Of a stretch of 64,000 nucleotides of DNA, positions 56,494 through 64,000 are shown piece by piece (within the stretch, counting starts at the first letter, position 1; the number at the start of each line of letters is the position of its first letter). This stretch comes from Octopus vulgaris (taxonomy: Eukaryota), in assembly GCA_951406725.2 (NCBI GenBank), contig OX597824.1, positions 17,422,001 to 17,486,000 of the forward strand, given 5' to 3'. A program made the position numbers and the translations under genes. The notes under the pieces were generated by a model. That model had not been told where the DNA came from and ran no database searches. It was given only the letters and a program-made list of their open reading frames with translations.

Positions 56494-57158
56494 TCAACAG
56501 AGATGTCTCTAGGTGTAGTACCATGGAAACCTCTTTGAAGACTATATATATCGTATTACATATTTATGCATCTAGGTGTATACATTTCCCGACTACCTAC
56601 ATTTTAAAGATTATATATACACACAAACATTTACCCCCCACACACATAATATCGTTTCAAATGTAAACATAAACGCGGACAGATAAATGCACTAACACTT
56701 TATATGCATGTGTGAGAGTGACGTTTTGTACGTGCGCATATGTATGTTGGCATTTGTATGTATATACAAATGCTTTCGTGAATATGCCGCTGCTGTCTTG
56801 TGTAGGTGATTTGAAGACGACAAATGGTTATGAGACCGTCGTTTAAATCGGCTCTGTGACATACCGATATAACGCTTCCCCCCATTTCTTTCTTCGACGC
56901 CATGGGTGAGGTTTCTTTGGCTGTGAACGGGCGAGATGTTAGATACTTAGTCTAGATGGCATCCATCATTCTTCTGCAAAAAAGATTCTGTTTCTATATT
57001 TGCCGTGGTTCTCATGATTGGAGCAGAAAATTAGCTAAGTTACACTTTGTGTCGTTTGAATATCTTGATATGACGATGAAAGCTTTTCATTAAATTGATA
57101 ACAAAGTGTAGCAATAAAATAACAATAACTATCAAAAGTTAAAAACAAGAAAAATTTG

Positions 57159-57338
57159 GTTCTCTATTTAAGAGATGAGGAATTATATACATTATGGCGT
57201 AATGGTTTAAGAGCGCGGGCTACTAACACCAAGATTCCGCGTTCGATTCCAGGCAATTACCTTCATAATAATAACTTATTCTTTTTATTTTTAGTTTTTA
57301 GAAAAAAAAATAAAAAAAATAAATAATTATTATTATTA

Positions 57339-57373
<35 letters not shown>

Positions 57374-57518
57374 AATAATCGAAAAATACCTTAGTAATGA
57401 GAACCCAGGTTCGAAATTTTCGCAAGACACCTGAAGAAGGTTGGAGGGTATATCAGCCGAAACGTTGTGTTAACAACAAAGAAGATGAGGACAAATATCT
57501 GACGAATGTAAATAATGT
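57159..57518 (+). mobile_element. Composite element: inverted 3' end + tRNA-like head + (AAT/ATT)n + hammerhead-bearing Penelope-like tail
   Basis: 14-bp TSD ACAAGAAAAATTTG at 57145-57158 and 57519-57532; A box TGGCGTAATGG (57195), B box GTTCGATTCC (57241); hammerhead at 57424-57471. Confidence 0.75.
57424..57471 (+). ncRNA. Minimal type I hammerhead ribozyme motif
   Basis: GACAC-CTGAAGA-A-GGTTG-GAGGGTATAT-CAGCC-GAAAC-GTT-GTGTT: stems I and II pair; palindromic AACGTT stem III. Confidence 0.7.
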
Positions 57519-57855
57519 ACAAGAAAAATTTGAACAAGCCCAAGTGAAGGAACAAACAAATGGTGTGAATTGCGGTATTCCACAGAATGCCAATTTCATC
57601 TAACGCAACAGAAGCACATTTTTGTGTTAGATTTACTTAGCCCAACAGCTTACTGCTAAGCAGTTTAGTTCCCTCTTCTAACTTAAAACTTACCGCAGGA
57701 TAGCAACTTTATATTATGTTCTCCTTCACCTTCAAGTGGTGCTCGAAAAAGCCTATGAATTAACCTGTGAGAAATAGATCTCTTAGTTAAACTTCCAAAA
57801 GCGTTCTCTAAACACTTATATTTCTACGTATACACAAGACAAAATAAAACTAAAA

Positions 57856-58375
57856 AGGCAACTTGTCCTGTTATATGTGGGACCGAGGATACTTTGTGCG
57901 GAGAAGGCTACGGAGGATGTCGACCACAGTGCTGTAGATCCAAGCCCTCGGAGGGATTTCGGTATGAGGCAACTTGTCCTGTTATATGTGGGACCGAGGA
58001 TACTTTGTGCGGAGAAGGCTACGGAGGATGTCGACCACAGTGCTGTAGATCCAAGCCCTCGGAGGGATTTCGGTATGAGGCAACTTGTCCTGTTATATGT
58101 GAGACAGAGGATACTTTGCGGCAGTATGATATAGAAGGCTTTCACTCGTCTGATCTAGCGCACATAAAAGGTCTAGCACGGAAACCCGTACAGGGCGGGG
58201 GTGAATACACAGATAGCTCGATAAACGGAGATGTTTGTACTTGTTCTAAGGTTCTTGGTTCGAATCACTCGTTCGCTAAGTCTGCTGAAAAATGCAGGGG
58301 ACAAGTTGATCTGACGGATTATATGCTCGTCGAGGAGGCTTGTATTATAGGGTTTCCTTCCAAGATATATTAGGG
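57856..58375 (-). mobile_element. Decayed RTE-like ORF2 fragment with a 111-bp tandem duplication
   Basis: Minus-strand translation ...AFFSRLSERV...LRTSTNISVYRAICV...LYG resembles RTE AFGRL..RV...TK..VYRA...LLYG; repeat units start at 57856, 57967 and 58078. Confidence 0.6.
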
Positions 58376-58467
58376 CCCAAAAGATCTAACCAACCTCAGT
58401 CTCCGATCGACAGAGGAATGCAAAGGTGTGGTTAAAGGGTTATAGTGGTGTGTTTATCTGCTCACAA

Positions 58468-59200
58468 ATTCTTCTTCTTCTTCTTCTTCTTCTTCTTCTT
58501 CTTCTTCTTCTTCTTCTTCTTCTTCTTCTTCTTCTTCTTCTTCTTCTTCTTCTTCTTCTTCTTCTTCTTCTTCTTCTTCTTCTTCTTCTTCTTTTCTCCT
58601 TTTTTTCTTCTTTTCGTCTTCGTCTTGTTCTTCTAGTTCTTGCTCTACTTCTTCTTCCTGCACTTGTTGTTGTTGCTCTCTTTTCCCATTTCTTCGACTT
58701 CTTGTTCAACTACTTCTTAGTCTACTCCTTCTTCTTCGTCTTCATATTCTTTATCCCCTTCTTCTTTTTCTTTTTCTTCTTCTTTTCTTCTTCGTCTTGG
58801 TCTTCTTCTTATTTTTTCTCTTTCTTCGTCTACTTGTTCAACTCCTTCGTCTTCTTTATCTCCTCCTTCTTCTCCATTTTCTTCATCTTCTTTATCTCTT
58901 TATCCTTCTTCTTCTCCTTCTTCTTCTTCTTCTTCTTCTTCTTCTTCTTCTTCTCCGTCTTCTTCTTCTTCCTCTTCTTTTTCTCATTCTTCTTCTTCCT
59001 CCTCCTTCTTCTCTTCCTCTCCCTTCTTCTTCTTCTTCTTCTTCTTCTTCTCCTCCTCATCCTCCTCCTTCTCTTTCTTCATCTTCATGTTCATCACCTC
59101 TATCTTCTTTATCTCCTCCTTCTCCTCCTCCTTTATCTCCTCCTCCTCCTCTACCTTTCACTGTGTTTCCCTTCATCCTTCTCCCTTCTCCCCCCACCAC
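58468..59200. repeat. (CTT)n and degenerate polypyrimidine tract
   Basis: Direct reading. Confidence 0.95.
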
Positions 59201-59938
59201 CACAACCCACACTCCCCTTCCTATATAATTTATCTAGTTCTTTATTTCATATTTGATGTCATCTTGTTTATATTTTCCTGAACTGTTATGCAAATTATTG
59301 CAAAACATACTTTCGTTTTCTAGAGTTGTGGACAAACTTAATCGAATCAATATTCGATATTTGCTTTGAATTTCGTTTATAGTTGCTTTAAATATTTTTA
59401 AAATGATCATTTATTTATTTATTTGTTTAATTTTTTTTTTTTTTAGTTTTCGTTTTATTTCATGAATAGGAGCAGAGAAGTCACAGTAAACAATTGTGAA
59501 GTTTCTAGCTATTAATATTGCCACACACAGACACTCACATACACACACACACACAAACACTCACACATACACACACAGACACACACATACACACACACAC
59601 ACAAACACTCACACATACACACACAGACACACACATACACATACATACACACACACATACACACAATCCCATACACACAAAATCACACATAAACAAACAC
59701 CCACACAATCACACACATACACACGAAAACACAATACCACACACACACACACTCATACATACGAACACACACGCACGTTTACATACATACATACATACAT
59801 ACATACAAACATACCTACGAACATACACACAATCCCATACAAACACACATACACACACACGCCACAGAAAAACCCATATAAAATTCATAATTATACTTAT
59901 GTATACCATCAATATATTTGTACAAACGTGTGTATTTA

Positions 59939-60187
59939 TGTGTATACAACACCTGTGTACACGCACGTATATATACTGTCAATGTGTTTGTATATATGTG
60001 TGTGTTCACGCGTGTATAATACTTCTGTACACACACAGGTACGCATATATATATACATCTACATACATCATCACACACACATACTCATCAACACGCACAC
60101 CTATATGTATACATCTACATACATCATCATACACACACATATATATATATGTGTGTGTGTGTGAGTGTGTGTGTGATGATGTATGTA

Positions 60188-60231
<44 letters not shown>

Positions 60232-60335
60232 TACCTTTGTGTGTACAAAAGTATTATACACGCGTGAACACATACATATATACAAACACATTGACAGTAT
60301 ATATACGTGCGTGTACACAGGTGTTGTATACACAC
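59939..60335. repeat. Local inverted repeat (~140-bp arms)
   Basis: TGTGTATACAACACCTGTGTACACGCACGT...GGTACGCATAT is reverse-complemented at 60168-60335. Confidence 0.85.
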
Positions 60336-61373
60336 ACATATATATATGTGTGTATGTGTGTGTGTGTGAGTGTGTGTGTATGTGATGATGTATGTAGATG
60401 TATGAGGTGCATCATCAGCATCATCACTATCATCATTATCATCATCATCGTCGTCGTCGTCGTCGTCATCATTATCCTTCGCATCCTTTTCTTCCATACC
60501 TCCTCCTCATCATCATCATCATCATCGCCATCATCATTGTGTCCGGATACGTCATCATCGTTTTCGTTATACGATATTAACATGTTATTGATTAGTTTTA
60601 TTTATCTCTGCGTGTATGTGTGTCTATATACATTTCTACATCCATATGTGAATACATATATGTGTATGTATACGCATGTATGTATATGTATGCATATATG
60701 TATTGAATGTGTGTGTGTGTGCGCGCGCGTGTGTCTTAGATATTAATCAGAATGAAATATAAAATATATTGTCTGATGAATAAAAAGTGATGTTTGATCT
60801 GAGATATATTATAACAAATAGATCGTAATTATAGAGAAGTTATGTAATGTGAATAAAACCACTACCTACAGAACCTTACCACATGTGTGTGTGTGTACAT
60901 ACACATCAGGTATGTGCGTGTTCGTGTGGGAGCCGGAGCTGAATCTACATAAGGAAGTGCATACATGACTCTGTGTGTGTCTGTGTTTGTGTTTGCTGTG
61001 TGTTTTGTGTGTTGTGTTCATGTATATATATATATATATACATATATACATACACACACTCACACACACACATATATATACATATATATATATATATACA
61101 TACGCATAAAATATGAGTGTACATATAATGGAAAAAACACGCAAATACACACACATTCACATACATACACACACACAAAACACACACAAACAGACACACA
61201 TATAGACACACACATACACATACTAAGATTGTTGTTCTTCATTCTTCTTCTTCTCCTCCTCCTTCTCCTTCTTCTTCTTCTCCTTTTCTTCTTCATCTTG
61301 TTCTTGCTCTTGTTCTACATCTTCTTCCTGCACTTGTTGCTCTTCTCCTCTATTTTCTCTTTCTTCATAAACT

Positions 61374-61409
<36 letters not shown>

Positions 61410-61854
61410 TACACACACTTTCACATACATACACAAAACACACACACATAGATACACACATACACGCACAAAGGTTGGAAATAATATGATTATTATTGAA
61501 AATATTAAACATATGTTAGAAAATGAAATATGTGAATTGAACGCAGGGGCCTTCAATGGAAAGTCATGGCAGTACAAACGAGCACCTGTATCAGTTCATT
61601 AGGTTGGGATTTTGCATGTGTGCGGATAGTCAACGGTTAGAGCTGGAAATGAAGTAATGTAAGAATAGACCGATATAAAAAAAGATAAAGGCTCATACTT
61701 GAACTCCGTAAGAAAGCGGCGAAAGATCGTGAAACGAAAGAGAAGTTTTGAAGACTAAGACCCTATCGTTGAACTAATTTGGAAAAATTGAAATGATAAT
61801 CTGAATAGATTGTTTACAATAGATAGAAGAAATGATTGTATTAAATTTGTTAAC

Positions 61855-62010
61855 AGGCGTAGGAGTGGCTGTGTGGTAAAGTAGCATGTTTCTGGGTTCA
61901 GTCCCACTGCGTGGAACTCTGGGGGAAGTGTTTTTACTATAGCCTCGGGCCACACCAAAGCCTTGTGAGTTGATTTGGTACACAGAAACTGAAAGAAGCC
62001 CGTCGTATTT
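61855..62010 (+). mobile_element. SINE A, 5' half
   Basis: Family match up to the internal microsatellite. Confidence 0.8.
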
Positions 62011-62078
62011 ATGTATATATATATACATATAAAAATATAAATACATATAAATATATATATACATTTATGTATATATAT

Positions 62079-62110
<32 letters not shown>

Positions 62111-63151
62111 ATATACATATATATATGTATATATATATGTGTGGTATGTATGTGTATGATGTGTGTGTGTGTGTGTGTATATATGTATATGTAGTTTGTG
62201 TGTATGGCCCGCACACATGCATAGACGCGCACGCGCACGCACACGCGCACACACGGGCGGGCACGCATATACACACACCATCCTACCCCAAAGAATTCTT
62301 TAAACAACACACATCTATTTACACCACCCTGGAACCAATCAAAAACAGCCCCCCCCCCACACACACAGACACTTGTATACGTGTATGTGCACGCACACAG
62401 GGAGACACACACACTCACACCATTCTCACCTCCATAAATGCACATATATACACACGCAGCACCATGTCAAATGCCATCCACACACATACATGCGTACACA
62501 CGCACACACACACACACAACACCATGACAACCACACACGCGGTTGACAAACAGACACCATCTGACCATATACTACAGACCCACAGACACATCTATTCACA
62601 CCATATGTATTATGTATGCACACTCACATACACGCAGAGACACACATATTCACCTCATCCTAACCCCAAAATCATTGATGCTTGAAGGAGAGCCAAAAAA
62701 AGCAAAAAAAACGGGTACATCCTTTTCAATTCCACATTTCTGCTAAAACGGACAGGTCAGTAACAACCTAACCACTACATTAATGTAAATCTTTATGAAT
62801 TCATAATATTCTGTACTGAACTTTTTTAATAATTCCTCCTGGAAATTACCCTGAGATGTATAATATATTTGTTTAAATCTTTTCTGCCCATTTTTTCAAT
62901 GAGCTTGTTAAACCTCTTTATATTCTCAACATACTGTTGTACTTTTTTATGTCCTTAACATGTCCCTGTTACCAAAGACTGTATATATATATGTAATGTA
63001 GCAATTTGCAACAACCAATAATTAACGCAACCAAACTTCCACATATTACTTTTGACAATCTTTTTCCAAAGAGTGAAACCGGTAAAGTAAATAAACATCT
63101 TTTAAATTACATTTTCAAACCTTCTTTCGTATATATATGTATATATATATG

Positions 63152-63277
<126 letters not shown>

Positions 63278-63284
63278 TATGTAT

Positions 63285-63811
63285 GTATGTCTGTGTTTGT
63301 CCTCCCAACATCGCTTGACAACCGATTCTGGTGTGTTTATGTCCCCGTAACCTAGCGGTTCGGCAAAGACACCGATAGAATAGGTGCTAGGCTTACATAG
63401 ATTAAGTCCTGGAGTCCATTTGCTCGACAAAAGGCGGTTCTCCAGCATGGCCACAGTCAAGTGACTGAAACCAATAAAAGTGTTTTATACATAGAGCTTT
63501 ATGAAGAATGATTTTTGTAAAACGCATGCGTAGTATATAATAGATGAAATACAGGGATTAACGGAAACTGGTGGGTAGTGAGATGCCATCAAATGTCCCC
63601 GAATAGTTAGGAAGCATGTTATTCATGTAGTAGAATGAATGAAATAAATTTTAACTGTAGGAGTGTCTCTGTGGTAAGTAGCTTGCTTGTGGTTCCGGTT
63701 TCAGTTCCACTGCGTGGCACCTTGGGCAAGTGTCTTCTGCTACAGCCTCGGGCCGACCAAAGCCTTGTGAGTGGATTTGGTAGACGGAAACTGAAAGAAG
63801 CCCGTCGTATT

Positions 63812-63876
<65 letters not shown>

Positions 63877-64000
63877 CTGTGTGTGTGTGTGTGTGTATGT
63901 GTGTGTTTGTCCCCCTAGCATTGCTTGTAACCGATGCTGGTGTGTTAATGTCCCCGTTAGTTAGCGGTTCGGCAAAAGAGACCGATAGAATAAGTACTGG
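63285..64000 (+). mobile_element. SINE A 3' half (63285-63480) and SINE A running off the window (63656-64000)
   Basis: Family matches. Confidence 0.85.

Overview
AT-rich, microsatellite-saturated eukaryotic (animal) non-coding DNA with no recognisable host protein-coding gene. The SINE families, (TA)n/(CA)n density and LINE types suggest a coleoid cephalopod such as Octopus; this is an inference. Almost all listed ORFs are translations of simple repeats. The real content is transposable elements. (1) Four recurring tRNA-headed SINE types, labelled A-D here. (2) Decayed fragments of a mariner transposon and of Dong/R4-, CR1-, RTE-, Tx1- and Penelope-like retroelements, plus a TA-flanked MITE. 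(3) Several unrelated Penelope-type terminal repeats carrying minimal type I hammerhead ribozyme motifs. The most striking item is a TSD-bracketed composite at 57159-57518: tRNA/Pol III head + (AAT)n + hammerhead-bearing Penelope-like tail, with its own 3' end inverted at the 5' side. It is a candidate ribozyme-carrying SINE mobilised by Penelope-like elements. Also notable are a SINE whose 3' tail matches the 3' end of a Tx1-like LINE sitting in (TATC)n, combinatorial head/tail swapping among SINEs, a ~0.6 kb inverted duplication, and a pre-miRNA-like hairpin. All coordinates were read by eye and may be off by a few bases.
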